The position numbers and the translations under genes are program-made. From NCBI GenBank assembly GCA_964016885.1, contig OZ024740.1, positions 329,902,001 to 329,966,000 of the forward strand: 64,000 nucleotides of DNA, read 5' to 3'. This DNA comes from Eledone cirrhosa. Taxonomy: Eukaryota. The notes below the pieces were generated by a model. The model saw nothing but the letters and a program-made list of their open reading frames with translations, was not told the origin of the DNA and made no database searches. Below, piece by piece: positions 26,731 to 39,401 of this stretch. Every line of letters begins with the position of its first letter. Positions within the stretch are counted from its first letter, which is position 1.

Positions 26731-27993
26731 ATATATATATAGTTTGTGGGTGTATGTTTGTGTTTGTGTGTTTACCAAATTGGCAGATTCGTTGGAGCAT
26801 CGTATTTGGTGTATAATGGATATTTGTACTGGCTCTTAAAACGAGGCCAGGTTTCCCTTTCGTCATTCCGAGTCTACTAAAAATATATCAGTCCGGCCCG
26901 GCACAGACGATTAGTTAGATATTTATCGTGTCAAACATCGTGCCAGTCAGTATATCGTATCTAGTTGATGTGGTTTTAGTTTGCCTGAGATATCACTATT
27001 GAAACGTTCCTCAGTCAATTGTGTTTCGACTGAACGTGTAGAAATGAGAATTGCAGGGAGATTTCCGTAACAAATAAATATAAGATTAAATAAATATAAA
27101 CCAAAACCAACTTCATGAAACGAAAGTAGGTTTGTAGATCTTTAGGTCTGTTTCGGCGCTTCTGAGAGTTTGACTCTGCATCATTTGTATTAGTTATATC
27201 TTTACTGCTGATCTTGTTTTCGCTGATATTCGATAATTCTATGCATACATACAAATGTACAGTCTGTTCCGAAAATATTTTTCGTTGTGAGTTTAATAAA
27301 GAACAAAAACAGAATACATAGTAATAAACTGCCCATAGTTGATAAGACATATCAGGAAATAATTGATTCTCTCGGTAGTAGGAGATTGTCAACATAAAAA
27401 ACGAAAATTCTCGATAAGACTTCAGAAAATAATTTGAGATTTATTTCTTTGGGGAATTGTTGCTTTGATAATGGTGAGAGTGTTATCGCAATTTGTGATA
27501 CTATATACAGAATAGAATGAAAAGAAGTGTCTGAATATTCGGTTCATAACAATTCAAATAGAGAATATTATTCGGTGAATTGTCTAAAGTGATGCCGAAT
27601 GTTATTTTTCATTAATAGAATCATATGCGCATCCTATTCCGTTCAAATATTTAACCTTATTCAGAATAAACATTCCAAATTCTGCTTTCGTTTTCAATGA
27701 AAATATTGTAGTGATATGTTATCTATACCTTAAATTATATGTAAATATTTAGAATATTAGAGTTCAATCTGATATTAATGGCTTTATTAGATGTAGTTCG
27801 GGCGTTGTTCAGCAGAATTTTAACCAATGACATAATACGCGTGAACATGGCATGTTTCGTATCACCTATACACACATTTCCCATGGTGCCTTCGACATGG
27901 ATGTGTAGTTGTCGGCATATGCATGTGTACGTTTCTCCGTGTATATAACTTCATATATGAATATCTATCTATCTATCTATCCACCTCTCTCTC

Positions 27994-28057
<64 letters not shown>

Positions 28058-28526
28058 CTGTCAGATCGGCAAAAGAGCCGCATTTTCCAGCGGCTGTGCA
28101 CAGTCTGATAGTCTCCTGGAAGAGTACGGCAAAAATAGAGAGGCGGCTGAACGCTTTCCACCAGCGGTGCTTGGGAAAGATCCTTCGTGTGTCCTGGCGC
28201 GACCGAGTGTGAAACGAGGAGATGCTGCGGAGAGCCGAGTCGTGGACGCTACAGAGAGTAGTCAGGGAGCGTCGGTGCCGTCTGGCTGGCTATATTCTGC
28301 GTCTGCCAAATGAACGGCATTCGAAAACAGCAATGAACTGGACTCCGCCTGGCGGTAAACGGAGGCAGGGTTGCCCAAGGGTCACCTGGCAACGAACGTT
28401 CCGGAAGGACCTTATGGCAGCCAGCATCACCTGGCACGGTCTCGAAAAAGTTGCCACTGATCGTGATCGATGGCGAGTACTTACTGCTCGATGCGCCGAA
28501 CGGTGCGGAAGAATCTAAGACTAAGA
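28058..28526 (+). mobile_element. RTE-clade LINE 3' fragment inserted in (TA)n
   Basis: RLNAFHQRCLGKILRVSWRDRV, RLAGYILR, WTPPGGKRRQGCPRVTW, VATDRDRWR; ctaaga-ctaaga tail. Confidence 0.88.
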
Positions 28527-28961
28527 TATATATATATATATATATATATGTTGCAGATAAATATGGGGATTATCCATGATGCTGACACTGTAACGCCGCG
28601 AAGACAAACCGCTTTAAGCAATCAGAATGCACTTTACCTCAATAATGTATTCGAGCTGAATGTTGGTGATTAGGTGTGACGGAGTTTCCATTTATATAAC
28701 GCTGATGAGACAGAGTTACCTTTCCATAATTGATCAAATGTATTATATATATTTCAATGACATGGTTAGGTAATGGTTGCCTCATTAACATATTCCATAT
28801 GATAACGTCAGAATTTGTAGAATCTGAGAAAAGTTCAGGTTTTAACAGATTCTACATATGTAGATAAGTATTTTCGATGTATGTTTGGGTGGTTTGATAG
28901 ATGTACATAAATATAAGTATTTTCATGCTAACACATACTCATACACAAATACACAAACTAA

Positions 28962-30696
28962 TCTATATATATAAAACTGTGGTTGTCTGTCTGTCTATCG
29001 ATTTTTGGCACACATCTCCTCTTAGAATCTCTCACGGAATTGCACCGAAATGGCTATACTTGTACATTGAGCCCTAGCGAAGACATCGGAAAAAGAAAAT
29101 TTCAAATTGACCCACCCTATGTGACGAAATCGAATATAATGTATCGATTTTTGAGCGTAAGATATCAGTTATTTTCCTTTGTTCTGTTTACATTGAGCGT
29201 CTTGCGTAAAAAATTACGCTGGCTTTAACAGTTGTCGAGCCAGCAAAATATTGACCTGCAAAATTCATCAGTTCGAACAGTAAGCTTCCGTTTTGCTTCA
29301 TTTCCATTTAAAAGCATTTGAAAACAATATTTTTACTTGAAAACAAGTCTATTTAAAGACTACGTAAAACAAGCACATATTTCGTCGTTAGGCGTGCAGA
29401 CAGACAGTCATGCAGACAGACAGTCGTGCAGAGAGGTGATATACGCGTGCAGACAGATAGTCGTGCAGAGAGGTGATATAGGCGTGCAGACAGACAGTCG
29501 TGCAGAGAGGTGATATAGGCGTGCAGACAGACAGTCGTGCAGAGAGGTGATATAGGCGTGCAGACAGACAGTCGTGCAGAGAGGTGATATAGGCGTGCAG
29601 ACAGACTTAACTGATAATTTGGTTACGCTAATGTTTTTCTCTGCGTTGCAGTGTTTACATTTTCGATCTTTGTTAATAAATAACCAGTGCAGTTTCTATC
29701 CCCAGCATCCTCTTTTGTTATAACATTCGGGTTATCGTTATGTTTTCTTAACTTCATAAGGCATATTGTTGGTTGAGGAAATATTAATCAAAATTAAAAG
29801 CCTTTTAAAACAATATTTTTACTTGAAAACAAGTCTATTTAAAGACTACGTAAAACAAGCAAATATTTCGTAAAAAAAAGCAAAAATTATATAAGTTTAT
29901 TTAAAATATATGTATCTGTAAATTTCGTTAGGCGTGCAGACAGACAGTCGTGCAGACAGACAGTCGTGCAGAGAGGTGATATAGGCGTGCAGACAGACAT
30001 AACTGATAATTTGGTTAAACTAATGTTTTTCTCTGCGTTGCAGTGTTTACATTTTCGATCTTTGTTAATAAATAACCAGTGCAGTTTCTATCCCCAGCAT
30101 CCTCTTTTGTTATAACATTCGGGTTATCGTTATGTTTTCTTAACTTCATAAGGCATATTGTTGGTTGAGGAAATATTAATCAAAATTAAAAGCCTTTTAA
30201 AACAATATTTTTACTTGAAAACAAGTCTATTTAAAGACTACGTAAAACAAGCAAATATTTCGTAAAAAAAAGCAAAAATTATATAAGTTTATTTAAAATA
30301 TATGTATCTGTAAATTTCGTTAGGCGTGCAGACAGACAGTCGTGCAGACAGACAGTCGTGCAGAGAGGTGATATAGGCGTGCAGACAGACATAACTGATA
30401 ATTTGGTTAAACTAATGTTTTTCTCTGCGTTGCAGTGTTTACATTTTCGATCTTTGTTAATAAATAACCAGTGCAGTTTCTATCCCCAGCATCCTCTTTT
30501 GTTATAACATTCGGGTTATCGTTATGTTTTCTTAACTTCATAACGCATATTGTTGGTTGAGGGAATATTAATCAAAAACACCACATGCAAGTCTGCACAG
30601 TAGACACTACAGTTTTTAAGCCAAGAAAGAAACTTAACATTGTAACTTTAACACAGCTACTGAGCGACCCCGAGCAACGCCGGGCTTTACTGCTAG
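28962..30696 (+). mobile_element. Non-autonomous Helitron with internal tandem repeats
   Basis: 5' A|TCTATATATATAAA; 3' hairpin cccg-agcaacgc-cggg (30669-30684) then CTAG|T; no TSD. Confidence 0.82.
29320..30575 (+). repeat. 392-bp tandem repeat (~3 units) containing a 37-bp minisatellite
   Basis: Period 392 (29931/30323); the 37-bp unit ggcgtgcagacagacagtcgtgcagagaggtgatata is expanded ~5x at 29390-29606. Confidence 0.9.
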
Positions 30697-30708
30697 TATA
30701 TATATATA

Positions 30709-30895
30709 ATAATTGTTTCTACCTTTGGCACAAGGCCAGCAATTACCCAGTACATTACTGGTACTTTATTTTATCGAACCTGTAAGGATGAAAGGCAACG
30801 TTGACCTCGGCGGGATTTGAACTCAGAATGGAAAGGGATGTAACTCTATGCGTCAAAGCATGGCGTCCGACCCTCTACCGATACTGCCAATCCAC
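30709..30895 (-). mobile_element. tRNA-derived SINE (octopus-type)
   Basis: Reverse complement of the 21213-21405 family. Confidence 0.85.
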
Positions 30896-31300
30896 AATAC
30901 AGGCATGATTTGTTAAGTCTTCATTACGTTTACTAACAGAAAAATCACCGTTCGGGTGATTTTCTTCTAGCTTGTGTAATGTGTATATTGATATTATACG
31001 CAAGTGTATATGCATGTACATATGATACATCAAATAAAACCGTAACTGACAATATACACAGAAATAATCAGTAACATAATCCATGATACATGAAAAAAAA
31101 AGGATATTATATATAAACTGCGTTAGGAGAAAATTAATGACAGAAATATATGAATATTTATTTAAACGATCGCTAACCGGAAGTGTTGACATTTGAAAAT
31201 TTTAAAGAAGTGAATCTTTAAATAAGTAATAAAATATATTTAATGAACATCCACACATTTTAGTAGATAAATGATGTAATATTCATTCATTATTGAAAGT

Positions 31301-31482
31301 AAGGGCGGTAGATTGGCAGTGTCGGACGCCATGCTTTCCAGCATAGTTACGTCCCTTTACGATCTGAGTTCAAATCCCGCCGAGGTTGACTTTGCCTTTC
31401 ATCCTTACGGGGTCGATAAAATAAAGTACCAGTAAGGCACTGGGTAATTGCTGGCCTTGTGCCTAAAGTAGAAACAATTATT
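31301..31482 (+). mobile_element. tRNA-derived SINE (octopus-type)
   Basis: Same family, with a small internal deletion in the head. Confidence 0.85.
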
Positions 31483-31738
31483 GAAAGTAATCCAACTTAT
31501 TTTACTAAAGGGATATCAAATTATAAACCGTACGCAGTCCCGCGTTTCTGAATTTATTATAGTTTAGATTGATTGGAAACGCACGTCACCATTCAATAAA
31601 CGTAATGAAGGCTTAACGAATCGTCCTTTTATATTATTATATTACACTCTGGCTAGCTCTACACCTCGCCACTGACGTGAACCTAAACATCGTGTGCTCA
31701 ACTGTGTGAACCTACATTAACTTCACGTTACACGCCCT

Positions 31739-31795
<57 letters not shown>

Positions 31796-31823
31796 CATGT
31801 CTATCTATCCTTTTATCTATCTA

Positions 31824-31900
<77 letters not shown>

Positions 31901-34900
31901 AACCTGCTTCCATTACCCAAGCATTTTAAATAACACATTCTTTCTAAAAGCTTTCAACGTAGATATTTCCAGTTAAAGCAAAGAACTGAAGGTATCCTAA
32001 AAAGTATAAAAAGGTTACGAAATGAAAATCCATTAAGACATGCAAGCAAATCATCAATTATAGTTGATTCAGGAATTCTACAATAGAGTGTTTCAAATCA
32101 TTAACTTGTGCTTACTCTTGAAAGAAAAAAAAAAAAAAAAAAAATTAATTATTCGGAAACTTCAACATTGAAGTATTACAGTAGTGTTCATAATGTAGAA
32201 CAGAACATATTTGAAAAGGAGAGGTATTTGATTGAATTTACTGCAATGATATCATAAATGTTTATAATTTGTATTTACTCAAATAATTCGTGCGATATTT
32301 GATATGTTTATGAAACACATTAACATATTTCAACAATAACATGGATGTTGAAGGTATTAGACAGAATAAAGTGACTTTTACATATTGGAAAATGTTGGAT
32401 TCAGTTCATATCGTGGGAGAGAAAGGAAGAAAAAGAGTCTTAAGTATGAGACGAAAAGTGAGAGGGGTACATATAGGGAAATGTGAAGAGGGGAGGGAAT
32501 TAGAAAAGCATGAACGAGATCGATAGTGCTGGACTTAAGGAGTAATAGGAATCAATTTATGTTTTGATTTAAATGTATGTAATTTCAAATCAATCTTATG
32601 CCCCGATGAACCGTAATATTTTTTAGATCCAGAAAGAGAGAGCGAGAGAGAAAGAGAGAAATTGAGTGTCTCAATGGAGCGAATGACGGGAAGGCCTATT
32701 GCTGAGCTGGCGGTAGATCTCGTCATGAATATATATATATATTTATATATGCACGCGTTCACGAACACACTTATATATATGCACATTTGAGCATATATGT
32801 AAGTATATGCGAGTACAGGAGGTATCAATGCTTTCAAACATGTGTTCCAGTTTGATTGTATTAAGGGCTTTTCTTAATTCTTTCTAATTCCTTATGTTTA
32901 GTTTAAAATTTGGAAATATTCACACACTGACACACGCAAACACATACACACACACACATACACACACAAACACACACAAACAAAAGGCTCAGACACACTC
33001 ATACACGCACACGCACACTCACAAGCATATTAACTTACAAAAAATACAAAAATGCATCAAGAAACACATACCGAAGTATAATATCATATATGGCTTTTTA
33101 CTATATAAATATGATAAACCCCACATTTTTATTTCATAGAATACCTTTAGTATTTAGAAGGTGTTACGCAGTATAATCTATTCCCGTATATCTATCTACC
33201 CATTTTCATCAATATCAGTTGATATATATATTCAGGTTCCCTACTTCAAATAAAAGTGCACATTTTCAAATAATTATAGAAACTTATATACATTTGAATA
33301 TCCAAGGAAATATTATATAGTTAAAATATCGTCTAGACGTCTCAGAACATACTCTAATTTGCTTGCCCATTCATAAATAACTTCGTATAGCAAATCATAT
33401 TTTCGTCCAATATTATGTCTTCCGTGCTGTCAATTTTATTTGTAGATATTTTGCATATGTATAGTTTCATAGTTCGAATTTACCTGCACTGTTTAATCTG
33501 AACATATTATATTTCTGAATCTTAAGTTAGGTTATGTGAAATAAACCATGTAAGATTCAATGCGGTGTATTATAGTGTATTAAACATTAGTTCCCCAGGG
33601 TTCAGGATGACATGCTTTCTCCGAACGAATATAGGTCATTGAATTGTTCTAAGTGAAAAATGATATATACGTTGTGTATTCAAAGGGATTAAAACAACTT
33701 TTTCAACTAAATATAAAAGCAGACAAGCATCTATGGCGTGGTGGTTATGCCTGCAAACAATCGCAATACAATTTGATACAAATCTGAACTTGCTATGCTA
33801 TCTTTTATATTAAAGGTTATATGAGATATACTGTCTACACAAACATAAACAGAGTGTGATTTGAATGTAGGCATCTTCGTGTAAATCTTTTGACGATACA
33901 AATATGCTTTTCAAAAAATGTGCGTCTCACAGTTCACTAAAATATTTGGAAGCAATAGCAGGATTGCCCTCAGCATGTACTTCACGTGTACTTTACAGTA
34001 GAGAGTAGTAAGTAATAGATAAACTATACCTGAAATAAAAAAATAATGGTTGTTAAACCGAAACGTTTTTGATTACGTGTCTCAATTATAAACGTTTACG
34101 TCGGGAAAAAAACAATGAAAATATCAGCATACACATAGACAAGCCATTAATCATTCCCTAGAAATTTTGTGAATGCTGATACTGCAGTGAAATATAAGAT
34201 TGTAAAATATTGATGAAACGATAATATGACTCGCAAATTTTAATAGAATTCCGTAGATGTCGGAATTATTTTTCTCCATTTCCGTAGAAAGATTAACCCG
34301 GAATAAATCTAGTACATATTATATCATCACTGGGGATTTAACAGATATTCTGGTAGAACATAATATTGTTTTGCCGTAATAGAAATCGTGATATGCGTGA
34401 GAAAATAAATATTATATGATTCAAAAGTATTCCGATAACTTCTTATATTAAAAGAAGGACCTGATTTTAAGAGATATGCATAGTTTTAAGTTCTGTGATT
34501 AACTGCATAACAAAGTTAATTTTATATCCAGTAACAATACGTAATACTTCTCTCAAGAGGAACATACTACTACTACTACTACTACTACTAAATCGGATTG
34601 TATGCGTGACGTAGAATATATTAAACAAGAGAAATAATACATTTTTCTTCATTAAATTTGTAGTAATTATTCTTGGTAAAATATGGATAAATGCATAACT
34701 AATTGGCAATTGCAGATATTATCAAAGAAATACAATTAATTATAAGATATGACGTAAAGTTGTATTAGATATTTGGGAGCGTATTTAACAAAAGAATACA
34801 ACTGTACAACATTGAACCTATCCGATAAGTCACTGATAGTATTTGGGTCTCCCCTGAACAAATCAAAACAGCAATGTTGATTAAACATCAGGCCATTTTC

Positions 34901-35035
34901 AAACACAATACCTCTAATCTTGGTTAGTTTTCCAAATTTCAGAGATGAAACAGCACATATTTTTAATTTAAACCCCATCAAAATATCCTAAATAACTAGG
35001 TTTACAGAAGTTAGCTATGCCTTTCATACAGTGTC

Positions 35036-35310
35036 AGTAAAATAAAGTACAAGTCACGCACCGGGGTCGATTTAATCGACATTCACCTCCCCATACATTG
35101 CTAGTCTTGTGCATCAGAAAATATCATTATTAATATTATTATCATTTACGTCCCGTTACGGACTGAGTTCAAATCCCGCAGTGGCTAACTTTGCCTTTCA
35201 TCCTTACTTGGTCGATCAAATAAAGTACCAGTAATACACTGGGGTCGATTTAATCGACTTTCTCCTCCCCCAAAATTGCCGGCCTTGTGCCTATTTAAGA
35301 AATCATTATT
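35036..35310 (+). mobile_element. Two tandem partial SINE copies (subfamily with ggggtcgatttaatcgac insert)
   Basis: Core gcctttcatcctt..gtcgat..taaagtaccagtaatacactggggtcgatttaatcgac; the 3' half is present twice. Confidence 0.8.
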
Positions 35311-37269
35311 TACTTTGCTTTCCTTTTATATGCAACGACTACCGAGTATCGACCAGATCCTTAGGGTAGGCATCATTGGTTTTGACAGGTTTCAATAGCT
35401 CTTTTTTTTTTTGTATTTATTTCTCCGTCATCACAAGTAACACAATAAAGGTAGATAGCTAAAACAAACCAATTGAGTAAGTATGGAAATTTAGGATGAG
35501 ATAAAGAAAATTGTAAAAGAGTATAAAAAATATATATGAATTAGTTTTGTATTTCGAATATCTGAATGGCATTCAACATAAATCAAATTTACTATAAAAA
35601 TACTGTGTTGACATATTGGAAATACAAAAAGTTCCGAAGCATGTAGGCGGTTATTGTTAGAACTATTGCATAGATGTCCTAGATGCTACATTTACCAGGT
35701 ATGTTTTCTAGAAATCTTTGAACACCTTTCTTTATGACACCTAAGACTCCTATCTCTAATTGACTAGTTTCTATTTTAAGGTGCCACATTGTGTTTTTTT
35801 CCGAATTTCTAGATCGTTATAATTTGCAAATTATTCATATACTTTTGCGTACATAGTTCTATCAAACGGCATATATATATCTCAGTAAGTAAACATATCA
35901 TGTTTGTAAATAAATTCTGTAATAATAATTAATATCAGTGGAGAGTGCAATATCATTTCAATCTTTGTGGGTGGTAACGCCCCAAAGGAGAGTTACAACT
36001 CCAGTCTCAATTACTGGTTATGGTTTGTGTTCATACCAGTTTACTTTATGACTTGCATTGCATTGTTGGCATATTGATATATTGTTCCACCCTATTATGT
36101 CTAATCTTATATTCAGTCGGTGCTAGTCTAGGGAATCGTGATATTATAGCAATACTTTCAAGCTGTACGTCACACACCCTTCATTTTGGTTCTGATACAT
36201 TTCTGAGAATATATGCCGATTAAAGAAGCTCTGGTAATGAGCAGTAAATCTAAAACCTCTGTTTCAGCATTTAATTAAGGAATTCTCAGCCACTGAAGTG
36301 TTTGGGTTTGATCTACATCAGCGTCGTGGGGGCGAAGTGAGAATTGACCGTGCAGTCGTAATTGTTGACGGCTTTCCCTAAATTATTTCGGCACTTCTGT
36401 GGATGTTTGTTGCCTTGGTTAGCATTGGAACATATTGATCATTTAAATTTATTCCTTCAAGTCTTAGTTCTTTCATATAATTTCCAGTCTCTTTGGGTAC
36501 CGAGTGGAGTTTTTCTTTTGGTTTCGGTGATCTCTTAATAACAGCATCATTCAGTCATTGGTACACTCTAGGTACGATTGTGATCCTATCGTAGCTGTTT
36601 TGAATGACAGTTCCAATGGGATTAGCCCTGTCCCTCCACCTTGTCTTGGCAAATATAAGTTATCTACGTCTGCCTTTGTGTGATGCATATCATGTCGATC
36701 AGTTCGTGACCAAGGAACAAATTCCACTGAATATTGTACTTAATCTGGTATTCAGTAGTTGTGCATTAAACTCGCTACATTCTTACGTCTCTTTCGAAAG
36801 GTCTTACGGAAAAAAGCTGGATATGTGCGTATCATTATGTGGACGTATATATTATTCCCACGATTGTTTTGTATATCGTACACCATTAACTGCAAGTTAC
36901 TCAATCTAATATCGGGTAATTAATGCAGTCAACATTCTGTCCACAATTATATTTCGTAGATGAAAGATCAGCATTTTACCACGAATAACGCATCAACATC
37001 AAATATTGAACGTTTCCATTCATCTGGCCTAAATTATACAAGAGCAATGTTCGAAAATTGTAAAACATATTTAATATGTTGAGACACGATGGTGGGATGA
37101 CATCCATGAGCTTGGCTGATCTCGCTTGGTGATCGAACCGGATCAGATGGAAATAGTTGCTTTTGACAGGACCCGCTGAAAGAAATGTTTCATCGCCTCT
37201 GCTCTCACGACCCATTCAAGAATAATAATAATAATAATAATAAGAAGAAGAAGAAGAAGAAGAAGAAGA

Positions 37270-39192
37270 ATGGTTAACAAAATGATACTGGAAGATTGTC
37301 ATAATAGACACAAAAATATATCAATTGCTTGGATAGATTATAAAAAAGCATTCGATAGTTTGCCACACAGTTGGATTGAAAAATGTTTAGAGATTTTCAA
37401 AATATCCCCCGTTGTCAGGAGGTTTTTGTCATTCAGTATGAAGACATGGAAAACGACACTCCTTTTGAATAGTGAAACAAAATCACTGGAAGCTGGAGGA
37501 GTTAATATTAATTGTGGAATTTTTCAGGGTGACTCTTTATCACCGCTTTTATTCTGCATCGCACTTATACCATTAAGTAAAATGCTCAATGAATCAAAAC
37601 ATGGATATAGAGTCTATGACAAAACCATTAATCACTTGTTCTACATGGATGCCCTGAAACTATTTGCAAATAATGATGAACAATTGCAAGGGCTATTATC
37701 CACTGTGGAGCAGTTCAGTGATGACATTAAAATGGAGTTTGGACTAGATAAATGCGCCAAAGCAACGTTCACCAGAGGAAAGCTGCTGAAGAGTTCAGAC
37801 ATTAATCTTGATCGGGGGAACGTTATAAGAGAACTTGATCAAGAAAAAACTTACAAATATCTAGGTGTTTGTGAAGGAGACGGAATCAAGCACTCGACAA
37901 TGAGGAAAAGGATAAGGAAGGAATGTTACCGCAGAGTAAGAGCAATCTTAAGAACGGAATTGAATGCAAGGAATAGGATCGATGCCATAAACACGCTTGC
38001 CATACCAGTAGTAACCTACAGTTACAATGTCATCAACTGGTCAAGCACAGAGATCCGTAGGCTCGATACAAAAATTCGAAAACTCTTAACCATGCACAGA
38101 ATGCATCACCCTAAGGCAGATATAGATAGAATATATCTCCCTAGGAAAGAAGGAGGACGTGGGTTAATCCAGTTAGACATTGCGTTGAAAACTGCAACAA
38201 TTGGATTATCTACATATCTAAGGGAATCACATGATTGGATGATCAAACTCGTTTTGAAACACGAAAGCATCAAAAGATCATATTCCATTACAAAAGATGC
38301 ACCAAGATACAGTAATGGACTACAAATTTCAGAAGTCCCATTTACTGCTGAAATGGAAAACACAGAAAAAGCAAAGCAGGTAAAAGTAACTGCAAAGAAA
38401 GAACTGCTACAGAAACTGGCTAAGAAATGGCAAGAAAAGCCTCTGTATGGAAAATACCCAGAACGAGCTAACAATCCTGATGTTGACAAAACTTTAACCT
38501 ATCAGTGGTTGGCATCCTCTGGACTGAAATCGGAGACTGAAGGACTGATTATATCAGCACAAGATCAGTGTCTGCCAACAAAAGATTACCAAGCCAACAT
38601 AATAAAAAATGGATGCAGCCCATTATGCCGTGTGTGCAAAAAACAACCAGAGACCATTGATCATATAATTTCAATGTGCAGTCCTATAGCTCCAACCGAA
38701 TACCTAAACAGGCATGACAGAGCTGCACAATACATACATTGGATAATGTGTAAGCATTTTGACCTGCCCCATCAAAAGAATTCGTGGGAGCATCAACCAC
38801 CTCCCATACTTGAAAAAGATCACATCTCAATCTTGTGGAACTTTAGCATCCAAACAGACCGAAAAATAGATGCAAACAGACCTGATATATTATTGAAAGA
38901 CTTTCAAAAGAGGGTATGCCTGCTAATTGATATGTCTGTTCCAATAGACAAGAATGTATCTATAAAAACATTTGAAAAATTGAGCAAATATAAGGAGCTG
39001 GAGATAGAAATTGGAAAAATGTGGAAATTGAGAACTAAAACAATACCAGTGGTTGTAGGCGCTCTGGGAATGATACCTAAGGGGTCTAATGATTACTTAT
39101 GGCAAATCCCAGGAAACCCGCGTATAGGAGAAATACAAAAGATAGTACGAATGGGAACTGCCCATATACTAAGGAAGATTCTGTCAATATAA
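37270..39192 (+). CDS. Truncated RT + CCHC + restriction-like endonuclease ORF (catalytic YMDD changed to YMDA)
   Basis: WIDYKKAFDS, GIFQGDSLSP, HLFYMDALKL, CRVC..ETIDHIISMC..RHD, NRPDI..IDMSVP..EKLSKY. Confidence 0.85.
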   Translation: MVNKMILEDCHNRHKNISIAWIDYKKAFDSLPHSWIEKCLEIFKISPVVRRFLSFSMKTWKTTLLLNSETKSLEAGGVNINCGIFQGDSLSPLLFCIALIPLSKMLNESKHGYRVYDKTINHLFYMDALKLFANNDEQLQGLLSTVEQFSDDIKMEFGLDKCAKATFTRGKLLKSSDINLDRGNVIRELDQEKTYKYLGVCEGDGIKHSTMRKRIRKECYRRVRAILRTELNARNRIDAINTLAIPVVTYSYNVINWSSTEIRRLDTKIRKLLTMHRMHHPKADIDRIYLPRKEGGRGLIQLDIALKTATIGLSTYLRESHDWMIKLVLKHESIKRSYSITKDAPRYSNGLQISEVPFTAEMENTEKAKQVKVTAKKELLQKLAKKWQEKPLYGKYPERANNPDVDKTLTYQWLASSGLKSETEGLIISAQDQCLPTKDYQANIIKNGCSPLCRVCKKQPETIDHIISMCSPIAPTEYLNRHDRAAQYIHWIMCKHFDLPHQKNSWEHQPPPILEKDHISILWNFSIQTDRKIDANRPDILLKDFQKRVCLLIDMSVPIDKNVSIKTFEKLSKYKELEIEIGKMWKLRTKTIPVVVGALGMIPKGSNDYLWQIPGNPRIGEIQKIVRMGTAHILRKILSI

Positions 39193-39335
39193 GTACATCA
39201 CAAGTCTAAACACTAAACATGCATGTGTGAATATGTATGTTCTTTCTTGAACATGGCGGACCTTGTTGTCTCTTGAGGTCACTGGTTGTGACTTCGTGAT
39301 AACTCGTATGAACATAAAGCAAGATAAATGCAACT

Positions 39336-39337
<2 letters not shown>
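37270..39337 (+). mobile_element. R4/Dong-clade LINE, second family, 5'-truncated
   Basis: Preceded by (TAA)n(GAA)n and followed by (TAA)n; contains a 640-aa open frame. Confidence 0.92.

Positions 39338-39392
<55 letters not shown>

Positions 39393-39401
<9 letters not shown>

Noticed and set aside
28700-28745. CTGATGA motif
   Set aside because: No helix II or GAAA follows.
29390-29606. CRISPR-like 37-bp periodic repeat
   Set aside because: Contiguous identical units with no unique spacers and no cas genes; eukaryotic minisatellite inside a Helitron.
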